64,000 bases of DNA from Chloroflexota bacterium (GTDB taxonomy: Bacteria; Chloroflexota; UBA11872; UBA12225), in NCBI GenBank assembly GCA_009693165.1, contig SHXX01000001.1, positions 71,248 through 135,247 on the forward strand, read 5' to 3'. The notes beneath the pieces were generated by a model, which was not told the origin of the DNA, did not search any database, and saw only the letters and a list, made by a program, of their open reading frames with translations. Positions 10,536 through 19,961 of the stretch are shown in pieces. The stretch's first letter is position 1, and each line of letters begins with the position of its first letter. A program made the translations under genes and the position numbers.

Positions 10536-10991
10536 TCAGGCTTCACCAGGGCGTCTGGTCCGTGCGATCAGTGCTTCCATTGCGCCGAGGTAATCCTCGA
10601 GAGCCCTCCGCCCGACATCCGTCAGGTCAAAATCGGTACGTGGTACCCGGCCGTCAAATGATTTTCGGCAGCGGACGTACCCAGCTTCCTCGAGTTTTCG
10701 GGCGTGGACGCTCAGGTTCCCATCGGTGGTCCCGAGGAGGTTGCGCAGGTCGTTGAACGTCATCGTCTGGTTGACCGCCAACGCGCTCACGATCCCGAGG
10801 CGCAACCGTTCGTGGATCAGGCGGTCAAGATCCGGCCATGGGCTCTGGTCAGCGGATGCAGGACGGCCATGATGGCGGTCGGCGTCGCGCCTCTCTCCGG
10901 GCACGAGGCGGGACGCATCGGAGACCGCAGAGACTGGCACCGCAGGCCGCTTTCGCGGATTGGATACCGACGGCGTTGGCATTGTCGTCAT
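10536..10991 (-). CDS. winged-helix transcriptional regulator (HTH_34/ArsR-like fold)
   Basis: ..IHERLRLGIVSALAVNQTMTFNDLRNLLGTTDGNLSVHARKLEEAGYV..RTDFDLTDVGRRAL.. matches the wHTH family pattern. The start at MTTMPTPS overlaps the upstream stop as ATGA. Confidence 0.75.
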   Translation of the reverse strand: MTTMPTPSVSNPRKRPAVPVSAVSDASRLVPGERRDADRHHGRPASADQSPWPDLDRLIHERLRLGIVSALAVNQTMTFNDLRNLLGTTDGNLSVHARKLEEAGYVRCRKSFDGRVPRTDFDLTDVGRRALEDYLGAMEALIARTRRPGEA

Positions 10992-11758
10992 CCACCATGC
11001 CTGCGTGCGATGACGACGCCGAAGCCGGCGAGCAATCCACCGAACCCGACCGCAAGGATGGCATCGCCCCACGACTGCGGGACCACGAATGCCAAAGCAC
11101 CCAGTGCCATCAGCGTGATTCCGAGGACCCTGACGGCGCGGACCGAGGATGCGCCACCAGCGGTCACGCCAGTTCCGAAGGCCAGAAGCCACGTGCCTGG
11201 GAGGAATGCGGTAAGACCGTGCCACCAGAGTACGGCGGTCAGGATTGCCCCGCTCACCATCGGCGGCGTGAAGCTGGATGCGAACCGTCGGTTTGGCCCG
11301 GCGGTCACCGCCAGTCCGGTGCGCCGCGCTTTCCGGGCAACGGCGAGAACGCCCACGACCCCGGCGAGGGTTGCCTCGATTAGCCAAGCAGCAAGCCATC
11401 GGTCACTGGTCGGTTGCCCGGATGCAACCATGGCGGTCACGAGGGCTGAGGCACCTATCCATGCCGTGGCCCATCCGGGTACTGAGGTGAACGACCCCGC
11501 GGCCTCCATCGTGTTCCGGATGAACCGGAGTTCGTCGAGGGCGTCGGCATGGTCGATGGCAGGCAGCGAGGTAGCCGTAGACCGCGACGCACGCAGTCCG
11601 CGTCCGGTTGATGCTGACCGTTGACGGCGACCTGCGCGAGAGTGGCGTCCATTACCGCCCCACTCGCCCATCGTGGGGTTCGGCAACTGCGGGTGGTTGC
11701 CGGTCCCGTTTCTCGGTTCGCCGTTCGTGGGAGGCGGTGCCAGGGTTTCATCAGCCAT
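10988..11758 (-). CDS. integral membrane protein partnered with the wHTH regulator
   Basis: The C-terminal ~180 aa form 4-5 hydrophobic helices. The stop overlaps the regulator start. The start is uncertain (11758, 11833 or 11671); the ORF-track start at 12052 would overlap uppS. Confidence 0.5.
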   Translation of the reverse strand: MADETLAPPPTNGEPRNGTGNHPQLPNPTMGEWGGNGRHSRAGRRQRSASTGRGLRASRSTATSLPAIDHADALDELRFIRNTMEAAGSFTSVPGWATAWIGASALVTAMVASGQPTSDRWLAAWLIEATLAGVVGVLAVARKARRTGLAVTAGPNRRFASSFTPPMVSGAILTAVLWWHGLTAFLPGTWLLAFGTGVTAGGASSVRAVRVLGITLMALGALAFVVPQSWGDAILAVGFGGLLAGFGVVIARRHGG

Positions 11759-11879
11759 GCCACGCCTGCCCCAGTCTCGTGTCTTCGTCAGGCCGTCCAC
11801 CGAAGGACTGATCTGCTGACTAGCGTAGCTCATGGTGGTCGCAGCCCGTGGCATCAACTGGATGGTTGGAGCAGTTTGC

Positions 11880-12710
11880 TCAGGATTCGGCGTCCCCATC
11901 GGAGACCCCACCGTACTTGCGGTCGCGTGACGCGTACACCTTGAGGGCGCGGTCGAGTTCGTCCTCGTTGAAATCAGGCCAGCAGACTTGCGTGGAGTAG
12001 TACTCGGCGTACGCCGCCTGCCAAAGCAGGAAGTTGGAAAGGCGGAACTCACCGGCGGTACGGATGATCAGGTCCGGGTCTGGAAGACCGGCGGTGTACA
12101 GATGATCCGAAATCATCTGTTCGGTGATCGCTTCCGGCGCAACACCCGCAGCCGCGATCCGTCGCACTGCGTCGACAATCTCGGCCCGTGAACCGTAGTT
12201 GAACGCCACATTGAGGATCAGTCGCGAATTGCCAGCCGTAAGTGCGATTGCCTCTCCGATGCGGTTCGACAACCGTGCGGGGATGCCCTCCATCGATCCG
12301 ACATGACGAATCTGCACACCATTGGCGTGGAGCGCTGGCGCCTCGAGCCCGATTGCTTCCGTCAGGATCTGGAAAAGGCCCCTGACCTCTTCCGGCGGTC
12401 GTCCCCAGTTCTCGGTTGAGAAGGCGTAGATCGTGACCACCTCGATCCCTCGCGCCCCACACGATTCAAGCACGCGCCGGAGGTTCTGGGTGCCCTCCCG
12501 GTGCCCGAACAGGCGCGGTTGACCGCGTTGCTTCGCCCAACGTCCGTTGCCATCCATGATGAACGCCACGTGACGGGGCGTGCGCACCGGCCGGTCTGCC
12601 GGTTCCGGGCTTGCCCCGGAACCACCTTGCGTCCCGCGCCCGGTTGCCTCGCGCCAGAGAGTGGAGATCGACATGGGGGAAGGATAGGTCCACAAGGTCG
12701 CCGTGGTCAA
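11880..12710 (-). CDS. uppS: isoprenyl transferase / undecaprenyl diphosphate synthase
   Basis: ..[20 protein letters not shown].. and ..[22 protein letters not shown].. are canonical cis-prenyltransferase motifs. An alternative start is at 12674. Confidence 0.9.
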   Translation of the reverse strand: MTTATLWTYPSPMSISTLWREATGRGTQGGSGASPEPADRPVRTPRHVAFIMDGNGRWAKQRGQPRLFGHREGTQNLRRVLESCGARGIEVVTIYAFSTENWGRPPEEVRGLFQILTEAIGLEAPALHANGVQIRHVGSMEGIPARLSNRIGEAIALTAGNSRLILNVAFNYGSRAEIVDAVRRIAAAGVAPEAITEQMISDHLYTAGLPDPDLIIRTAGEFRLSNFLLWQAAYAEYYSTQVCWPDFNEDELDRALKVYASRDRKYGGVSDGDAES

Positions 12711-12808
12711 GCACTTTACGTTACAAAGTGGATCGATATGTGAGCAGGTACAGGGTGATGGTGTGGTCGGGGTTGGTGCTTGGCCGGGGTACTCGCTGGA
12801 AGTTCATT

Positions 12809-12839
12809 GATGGGGCGGGGGAGGATGCCCCCACCCATC
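12809..12839 (-). terminator. GC-rich hairpin 1 nt after the uxaA-like stop codon
   Basis: gatggg/cccatc and ggggg/ccccc arms with loop aggatg. No U-tract follows, so this is a weak call. Confidence 0.25.
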
Positions 12840-12840
12840 C

Positions 12841-14055
12841 TCAGACCGTTGGCGCGACGCGATGGATCGCGAAGTCCTGGTGTCCGATGATCTCGGCGAC
12901 CGTCTCGGCGCCGTTGCAGACGTCGACGACCAGTGCCTGGAGCGCTTCAACCATCGCGGTACGAGACGCGCCGTTGACGGCATCGACCACCGACAGGTCG
13001 ATGTTGTCGCCCATCCGGATTGCGGTGAGCGGGTTCGCGGTCACCTTGATGACCGGGATGATCGCATTCCCGACCGGAGTGCCCCGGCCGGTGGTGAAGA
13101 GGCAAAGGTGTGCGCCGGCTGCCGCCATTGCCGTCACCGAAACGGCGTCATGCGGGGGTGTATCCATGAGGTGGAGTCCCGGACGGCTTGGCCTCACGCC
13201 GAAGTCGAGGACATCCTGGATCGTCCTGGTGCCACCCTTGGCGAGGCAGCCCAAGGCACGTGCTTCGACGGTCGTTTCACCGGTGAGGACATCATCGTCC
13301 GCCTCATGGCCGATCACGATTGCGCCGTTGGCCGTGGCATCGCGACGGAACCGGGCAGTCACCGCGTGGATCCGTGCCCCAATCTCAGGTGTCGCCGCCC
13401 GGGATGCAAGGTGATCCTCGAAGTCCATCCAGTCGGTCGTCTCACCCATGAGGACCCGCGCACCGAGGTCAACCAAATGGTCAACAACCTCGCCAACGAT
13501 CGGGTTGGCAACCGTGTCTGTCGAGTGGTCGCTTTCCCCGCACTGGGTCGCAATGATCAGTTCGTCCAAACCGATAGGGACCCGGGGGAGGTTGGCAATC
13601 TGCGCCGCCAGTTCGCGGGCAACCTCGACCCCTCGCGTGATCGACTTGATTGACCCTCCAGCCTCCTGAATGGAGAAGGACACGACAGGACGCTCCGGGG
13701 CAAGGGTGCGGATGAGGCTCGCAACGTCGTTCGATTGGCACGTCTCGCATCCCAGGCCGATCACCAGGACGGCACCGACGTTCGGGTTTGCCCCGGCGCC
13801 TGCGAGGATGCGTTCCGTCAACCCCACATCGTCGCCAACCTGGGCACATCCGTGCGGGTGCGGGAGCGCGATGGCCCCGGTCACCTGGGCGGCGATCCGT
13901 TCAGTGACGGTATTCGCACAGATCACGCTCGGGATGATCGCGAGGTGGTTCCGGATACCCACCGTCCCATCTGGACGACGGTACCCAAGGAACGTACCCG
14001 TGCCGAGTGCCGGATTTCCGGTGGACGTGTGACCGGCAACCGTCGCGATAGCCAT
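12841..14055 (-). CDS. UxaA-family sugar-acid dehydratase, large (C-terminal domain) subunit type
   Basis: ..FLGYRRPDGTVGIRNHLAIIPSVICAN.. and ..GLGCETCQ.. are typical of altronate/galactarate dehydratase family proteins. No SAF-domain partner gene lies adjacent. Confidence 0.8.
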   Translation of the reverse strand: MAIATVAGHTSTGNPALGTGTFLGYRRPDGTVGIRNHLAIIPSVICANTVTERIAAQVTGAIALPHPHGCAQVGDDVGLTERILAGAGANPNVGAVLVIGLGCETCQSNDVASLIRTLAPERPVVSFSIQEAGGSIKSITRGVEVARELAAQIANLPRVPIGLDELIIATQCGESDHSTDTVANPIVGEVVDHLVDLGARVLMGETTDWMDFEDHLASRAATPEIGARIHAVTARFRRDATANGAIVIGHEADDDVLTGETTVEARALGCLAKGGTRTIQDVLDFGVRPSRPGLHLMDTPPHDAVSVTAMAAAGAHLCLFTTGRGTPVGNAIIPVIKVTANPLTAIRMGDNIDLSVVDAVNGASRTAMVEALQALVVDVCNGAETVAEIIGHQDFAIHRVAPTV

Positions 14056-14218
14056 CGTCTCTCTCCTGTGGCGCTGCCGCCTGCGAACTGGATGTGGCGC
14101 TAGCAGCACGCCGGACGGGATGCCCCCGGGTTCGTGCCCGACCATTCGGACGGTCGATTGCCTAGGCTACCCACCTGTCCTCGGGCGCGTCAACCGGTTT
14201 CTGGTTCACTGTGGCAGA

Positions 14219-15049
14219 ATGCCGCGCATGAATGAGAACGACCGCGTTGCCCAGGATGCCCTGTTCACCCACTCCCGTGACCTGCCCCTCTGGCCCGACG
14301 GGGTCGTCGAGCGGCGTCTCGAACTCCTGCGACCCCGGCAGATCGTCGCCCTGCGCAACGAGTGCCCGGTGATGTACCTGCCCGTCGGTGCCCTGGAGTG
14401 GCATGAACGCCACATGCCCGTCGGCACCGATGGCATGACCGCACACGGCATCTCGCTACGGGCCGCCGCGGTGACCGGCGGGGTCGTCTATCCACCCCTG
14501 TACTGGGGTGTGGACGAATTCGGGCTGTCGGAATCGGGTGAAGTGCGTTCGGGCATGGACATTTCTGCCGATATGCCCCTTCCCGGAAACATCTTCAGGA
14601 TTGGGCACGACACCTATGGGCAACTGATCACCGAGGCCGTCGCCGAGGTCTTCCGTGCGGGCTACCGGGTTGTTGCCCTGGTGACCGGCCACGGGGCCAA
14701 GGGCCAGACGCACACCATCTACAAGGTGGCGCGTGCCCGCAACGAGGCCGCCGGGTACCGCGCGGTCGTGCCGATGGAGGCGTACTCCCCCGCGATGGGC
14801 ATCCTGCCGGATAGTGATGGACATGCCGGCCGTTTCGAGACCGCACTGATCCTCGGGCTCCATCCTGAACTTGTCGACTTCCGCGAGTCCCCTCCGGCGG
14901 GTGAACCGGTAAGAGGCGGGTCAGATGCCCGCCCGCATCCCGTACACGGCCCACTCACCGTGGCAGATGGCAACCGTCTGGTTCAGGCGGCGGTCGACGG
15001 CCTCGTCGCCCGGGTCCGCGACGCCATCCGGACGATGCCACCGGCCTGA
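14219..15049 (+). CDS. creatininase-family amidohydrolase
   Basis: ..YLPVGALEWHERHMPVGTDG.. corresponds to the creatininase-family metal-binding motif. ..TGHGAKGQ.. is also consistent. Confidence 0.75.
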   Translation: MPRMNENDRVAQDALFTHSRDLPLWPDGVVERRLELLRPRQIVALRNECPVMYLPVGALEWHERHMPVGTDGMTAHGISLRAAAVTGGVVYPPLYWGVDEFGLSESGEVRSGMDISADMPLPGNIFRIGHDTYGQLITEAVAEVFRAGYRVVALVTGHGAKGQTHTIYKVARARNEAAGYRAVVPMEAYSPAMGILPDSDGHAGRFETALILGLHPELVDFRESPPAGEPVRGGSDARPHPVHGPLTVADGNRLVQAAVDGLVARVRDAIRTMPPA

Positions 15050-15120
15050 CCGCACCCATTTTTCGGCCCTGTCTGGTCCGATCTCGATTGGCCTCACGGG
15101 CCTACACGGGTTCCCGGAGG

Positions 15121-18120
15121 CTAGGCGGGCGGGGTCCAGATGGCGTTGCGGGACAGCTTGATGAAGTAGCCGGTGTAGCGTTCAAGGGTGAAGGTGTTCG
15201 GCGGGAGGCCGCAGATGTGTCCCTCCCAGCCGCCGTTGACCCAGCGGTTGAACTCGACCATCGTGCCACTGCCATTTGCGGTGTTGATCGCCTGGCAGAC
15301 GTCCTCGGCGGTGAGGGCACTGGCCTGGTAGGTGCCGATGGCGACATGGTTCCACCCGGTAGTGAGGGAGAGGGTAGGGGCGGTGCCCGGCGACCACGGT
15401 TCGATCTGGCCCGCGACGAGGACGGGCGTTGTCTTGTAGCCGAAGGTCCCGTCACCGAGTTGGCCGTACCGCCGGTTGCCCCAGCAGGTGGCAGTGCCCG
15501 AGGCTGTAGTGCCACACTCGTGCATTCCACCGATCACTGCGGATAACAGAGAAGAATGGTTTGACGATAATGTCGGGTTCGAGATGCTTGAGCTACTGGT
15601 AGACCGATAGGACTCGAAAGTCACTGTGCGTCCCCAGCAATACACTTCTGGCGTCGCGGTCATGGTCCACCCGCATGTCTTGCTCCCGCGACTGGCAATC
15701 CTTGCAAAGGTGGTGTTGGAAGCGACCTGTGCCGGGCTGGTCCGGCTCGTGTAGGTGTTGTCACCTAACTGGCCGCCCCCGTTGTCACCCCAGCAGTACG
15801 CGGCTCCGGTCGTGGCGAGGGCGCATGTGTGGTTGTCGCCCGCCGCGATGCTCGAGAATTTGGTCGAGCCGGAGACACGCGTCGGTATATCCCGGTTGCT
15901 TCCTTTTGTGCCGTCCCCAACCTGTCCGCTCCAGTTGGCTCCCCAGCAATAGGCGTCACCGGCCGTCGTGACCCCGCAGGTGTGCCACTGGCCCGCCGCG
16001 AGGTTGGCGAACTTCAGACTACCGCTCACGGGCGCTGGTTCCGCCCAGTACGTGGTGCCGGGGGTGTCGTCGCGGGGACGCCCAACTTCGCCCATGTTGT
16101 TCGAACCCCAGCACCAGGCATCGCCGCCGGCAGTCAGACCGCACGTATGGAAGATTCCGGCGACGAGACCAACGAACGCTTGTCCGCCGCTGACGGTGGA
16201 TGGCGTCAGCGGGTCCGTGCGATGACCACCCAACTGGCCATTACCGTTCGCTCCCCAGCAGTACGCGGCGCCAGTGGCGGACAGCCCGCAGGTGTGTTGC
16301 CAGCCGAGTGCCAGGGTGGTGAGACCCAGTCCCGCGCCGACGGCGACCGGTTGCGACCGGCTCGTCGTGGTGCCGTCACCGACCTGGTTGCTGTCGTTCC
16401 AACCCCAGCAGTAGGTGCCGCCGGCGAGCGAGATCCCGCAGTTGTGGCGCCCTCCCGCAAAGATGCTTCCGAACTTCACGTCCGTCGACACCGTGACCGG
16501 GCTCGTGCTGCCCGAACCGCTGGTGTCGTCACCCAGCTTGCCCGCTTCGTTGTGGCCCCAGCACATGGCGAGGCCCGCCAGTGTCAGCCCGCATGTGTGT
16601 TCGGTTCCGGCGGCGAGGGAGGCGAACGCCGTTGCCCCGGCGATTTGCACCGGAGTTCGCCTGATTGTTACCGATCCATCACCAAGCTGGCCGTCCGAGT
16701 TCGACCCCCAGCAGTACGCGATGTTCGTGGTCGTGACGCCACACGTGTGCAGCGCACCGGCGGTTATCCCCTTCAGCGTGAGGCCGCCTCCAACCAGCGC
16801 CGGAGAACTGTTTGTTCCCCAGCCCCCGTCACCAATCTGGCCATACTGGTTCGATCCCCAGCAGTAGGCAGCGCCAGCCGCGGTCAACCCGCAGGTGTGG
16901 GAGTCACCGGACGCAATCCGGGTGAAGGTCAGCCCGCCCTGCACGAGGACCGGCGCAGTGCTGTTCGAATTGTTTCCGTTGCCGAGTTGCCCGTACCAGT
17001 TTCCACCCCAGCAATACGTCGGACCAGCGGTAGTCACCCCGCAAGTGTGGTCGCCAAAGCCAACTGTGAGGGTCGCGAATGAAAGTGCGGGGGCCCCCGC
17101 CACGGGCGTGATGGCAGCGTTCGTGGTCCCGTCCCCCAGTTGCCCGTACGAGTTCCTACCCCAGCACCAGGCCTTGCCCGCGTCTGTAAGTCCACACGTC
17201 ACGCTGCCTCCCGCGTAGAGGCTGGTGAACGCTTTTCCTCCTGAAACCGGGACTGGTGAGGATCGGTTAGCTGAGCTAGAACCGTTTCCGCTGGTCCCGT
17301 CGCCAAGTCGCCCGTCCCAGTTGGTCCCCCAGCAATAGGCCACCGCGGGCGACGCGCTACCGAGGCCGCAGTTGTGTTCAGCACCCGCGACGATGCTCTG
17401 GAAGGTGATGCCACCAGAGACTGGCTGCGGCGACGTCGCGAGCCAAGAGCCACCATTCTTCCAACCTTCTGCCTGGCCAAGTTGCGCCGCGCCGTTGTAG
17501 CCCCAGCAATGCGCCTCACCGCTGGCGGTGAGGCCGCAGGTGTGGCCGGAACCGGTCGCCAACGACGTGAACCTGACGGCCGTGGAGGCGGTGTTCCGCC
17601 TGACGGTACCCGCGGTCGCTGCCGGGCCCGGGGTCGGCATGGCGTAGGTGGTGACCGTGCGATTGCCTCCCCGGCCTGCCCCGTGAGGGCCTGCGGCATC
17701 TGGCCCCAAGGCATCCGTCTGCACGTATGTGACCAGACCTTGCGGGGGCGTGGATGCGGCTAGCAGCACGGAAGTTGTGGCAGCCTTCGGCACGGTCGTC
17801 ACCGTCGTGGATGCGGACGCCGTTGCTGCGGGCGTTCCCGTCGCCCACGCGGTCACGGATGAAACCGCCGACGGAACCGGGGTTCCGGTTGGTGCCGCCG
17901 TCACATCCGAAGCGACCAGGGTCGGTGTCGCGACCGGTGCGGACGTTGCGGCAACTGTCGCAGCCACGGTGATGGTCGCAACCGGCGTGAGCGAGACGGT
18001 CGGGACCGCCTGGCCGGACGCGGCGGGCGGGGGGAACAGGGCGACCAGGAGGCCCGCAACGGCCATCACCGGCGCTGCGAGGCGACTGAACATGCGAAGG
18101 CGGGGGTGGACCACGTACAT
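15121..18120 (-). CDS. secreted RCC1-repeat protein (14 blades)
   Basis: Signal peptide MFSRLAAPVMAVAGLLVALFPPPAASG and a T/A/P-rich linker. I count 14 units of the ..HTCG.......CWG.N..GQLG.. type. About 110 aa at the C-terminus are unassigned. Confidence 0.85.
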   Translation of the reverse strand: MYVVHPRLRMFSRLAAPVMAVAGLLVALFPPPAASGQAVPTVSLTPVATITVAATVAATSAPVATPTLVASDVTAAPTGTPVPSAVSSVTAWATGTPAATASASTTVTTVPKAATTSVLLAASTPPQGLVTYVQTDALGPDAAGPHGAGRGGNRTVTTYAMPTPGPAATAGTVRRNTASTAVRFTSLATGSGHTCGLTASGEAHCWGYNGAAQLGQAEGWKNGGSWLATSPQPVSGGITFQSIVAGAEHNCGLGSASPAVAYCWGTNWDGRLGDGTSGNGSSSANRSSPVPVSGGKAFTSLYAGGSVTCGLTDAGKAWCWGRNSYGQLGDGTTNAAITPVAGAPALSFATLTVGFGDHTCGVTTAGPTYCWGGNWYGQLGNGNNSNSTAPVLVQGGLTFTRIASGDSHTCGLTAAGAAYCWGSNQYGQIGDGGWGTNSSPALVGGGLTLKGITAGALHTCGVTTTNIAYCWGSNSDGQLGDGSVTIRRTPVQIAGATAFASLAAGTEHTCGLTLAGLAMCWGHNEAGKLGDDTSGSGSTSPVTVSTDVKFGSIFAGGRHNCGISLAGGTYCWGWNDSNQVGDGTTTSRSQPVAVGAGLGLTTLALGWQHTCGLSATGAAYCWGANGNGQLGGHRTDPLTPSTVSGGQAFVGLVAGIFHTCGLTAGGDAWCWGSNNMGEVGRPRDDTPGTTYWAEPAPVSGSLKFANLAAGQWHTCGVTTAGDAYCWGANWSGQVGDGTKGSNRDIPTRVSGSTKFSSIAAGDNHTCALATTGAAYCWGDNGGGQLGDNTYTSRTSPAQVASNTTFARIASRGSKTCGWTMTATPEVYCWGRTVTFESYRSTSSSSISNPTLSSNHSSLLSAVIGGMHECGTTASGTATCWGNRRYGQLGDGTFGYKTTPVLVAGQIEPWSPGTAPTLSLTTGWNHVAIGTYQASALTAEDVCQAINTANGSGTMVEFNRWVNGGWEGHICGLPPNTFTLERYTGYFIKLSRNAIWTPPA

Positions 18121-18341
18121 GACTCCCTCTCGGTGCCGGAAGGCCCGGTCACCGCATCGTACCCAACAATTCGGATCTGGGGGGGCAGATCATCACGATG
18201 GATTGCATGGTGAACGAGTTCGCCTCCGGAGACTTCGAACGCGGTGAAGTGACCGGGGCGCTGCATGCCGTCCATCGCGCACGTGGCGTGTGATCGGTGA
18301 AGCACCTCGAGGGTTCCTGTCTGCGGGTCTGCGCCAGTCAT
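18066..18341 (-). CDS. small hypothetical protein (doubtful)
   Basis: By hand count 50 of 73 codons end in G/C, so it is compatible with coding. It overlaps the RCC1 gene start by about 55 nt and I recognise no family. Confidence 0.25.
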   Translation of the reverse strand: MTGADPQTGTLEVLHRSHATCAMDGMQRPGHFTAFEVSGGELVHHAIHRDDLPPQIRIVGYDAVTGPSGTERESCTWSTPAFACSVASQRR

Positions 18342-18447
18342 CGCAGCGGCCCGGAATGACGATTGTCAGGAAGTCAGCGGTGTGCAGACCTCATGTTCAA
18401 GTCACGCTGTTGGACGGTTCGGACCTGTGTCGGGAGCCCGGCAAGCC

Positions 18448-19728
18448 CTATTGCGAGGCCGCGGAATGGATCGACTCAGGGCGACGGTCGGCGACCGGGT
18501 GTCCGCCAAGGATCACCAAGTGGATTCGCGAAAGATCGGCGAGGCACGAGACATCCGCGAGGGGGTCGCCATCGACGAGGATGGCATCGGCCCACTGGCC
18601 GGGCACAAGTGTGCCGGCACGGGGCCATCCCAGTATCCCTGCGGCGTCACGGGTTGCCGAAAGCAGGGCTCGCTCCGGTGTCATCCCGGCGTCGACCATG
18701 AGCGCGAATTCGCCGCCATTCGATCCGAAGACGGTTCCCGGCACCCCGATGTCGGTGCCGAACCCGACGCGCACACCGGCTTCCCGTGCCATCCGGAACG
18801 ACGCCACATGGCGCGGTCCCATCTCGAGGGCAAACGCGGTGCTTGATGGGGAGAGCCTTCCCGCGCGTGCTTCACGGACGACCGATTGCGCTGCCGAGAA
18901 GGTCGGAACAAGGACCGTGCGGTTGCGGGCCATTGCCTCGACGGACGCGGTGTCTGCCATGGTCACGTGTTCGATGGTGGTGACGCCGGCTTCAGCGGCT
19001 GCCCTGATGCCATCGGCACCGTGGGCGTGCGCCGCGACCTTCCGACCAAGCCGGGTGGCCGTCGACACCGCGACCGCAAGTTCATCGTCCTCCCACAGGC
19101 ATGCCCCAACGGGGGCGCCACCACCAGTCATCACTCCTGCGGTTGCCAGGACCTTGATCCAGTCGGCACCGCGGTGGGCGCGCGACCTGACCGCCTCCCG
19201 GACCGCGTCGGTGCCAGAGACGGCGATGCCCTGCGCCACCGCAACATCCTGCTTCAAGGCCAGATCCGCATGTCCGCCCCGGACCGTCACGAAGACGCCA
19301 GCGGTCGCGAGGCGGGGTCCGGTCGTCCAACCGGCGTCGATGGCACGGCGCACCGCCACGTTCGCATCGCCGAACGCACCCATGTCACGCGCCCCGGTGA
19401 ACCCGGCCTCAAGCATCAGGCGCGCGTGATGGGCACCTCGGAACGCGGCTTCGGCGACCGGGGTCAGTGTCGCGACGCGCAGGAAATCTGGATCCCGAGG
19501 GTCGAAGGTGAGATGGACATGCAGGTCAATCAAGCCTGGCAGGAGCCAGCGGCCGGAAGCATCGATCACGGTCGTGCCCGCGCCACGTGGCAGCGACGAG
19601 GCGTGCGGGGACGCCTCGGGACCTGTCCAGGCGACCGTGTCCCCGCGCAGGTGGATGGTGTGTCCAGGCCTCGCAGGTGACCCCGTCCCATCCCACAATG
19701 TCGCGTTGCGGATCACCACGTCCTGCAT
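18448..19728 (-). CDS. amidohydrolase-family metal-dependent hydrolase
   Basis: MQDVVIRNATLWDGTG...LLPGLIDLHVHL.. carries the HxH motif, followed by a typical amidohydrolase_1 body. Confidence 0.85.
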   Translation of the reverse strand: MQDVVIRNATLWDGTGSPARPGHTIHLRGDTVAWTGPEASPHASSLPRGAGTTVIDASGRWLLPGLIDLHVHLTFDPRDPDFLRVATLTPVAEAAFRGAHHARLMLEAGFTGARDMGAFGDANVAVRRAIDAGWTTGPRLATAGVFVTVRGGHADLALKQDVAVAQGIAVSGTDAVREAVRSRAHRGADWIKVLATAGVMTGGGAPVGACLWEDDELAVAVSTATRLGRKVAAHAHGADGIRAAAEAGVTTIEHVTMADTASVEAMARNRTVLVPTFSAAQSVVREARAGRLSPSSTAFALEMGPRHVASFRMAREAGVRVGFGTDIGVPGTVFGSNGGEFALMVDAGMTPERALLSATRDAAGILGWPRAGTLVPGQWADAILVDGDPLADVSCLADLSRIHLVILGGHPVADRRPESIHSAASQ

Positions 19729-19961
19729 GACAGTCCCCTTCGCCGGAAGTCTGGCCACCGTCATGGTAGCCGTCGATGCGCCCACTTCCCTCTCCTGTCG
19801 TCGCGGTGGGGGGCCCCGCGCTCAATGCCCTTTCCCGTTCTGCGCCGGGAAGTGGGTTGGGGGGTCAGGCGGGATTGGCCGGGAAATGGTGCGCAGGGAT
19901 GCCGGCGGAGTGGGGCGGGCGTGGCCCGATCCCCGACCGGTCGTCCCGGACGGTTCCCGTC

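Noticed and set aside
15829-17082. 417-aa plus-strand ORF
   Set aside because: It is antisense to the RCC1-repeat gene, and its Arg/Ala/Gly-rich composition marks it as a shadow ORF.
18290-19429. 379-aa plus-strand ORF
   Set aside because: It is antisense to the amidohydrolase gene, which has a clear HxH motif and family pattern.
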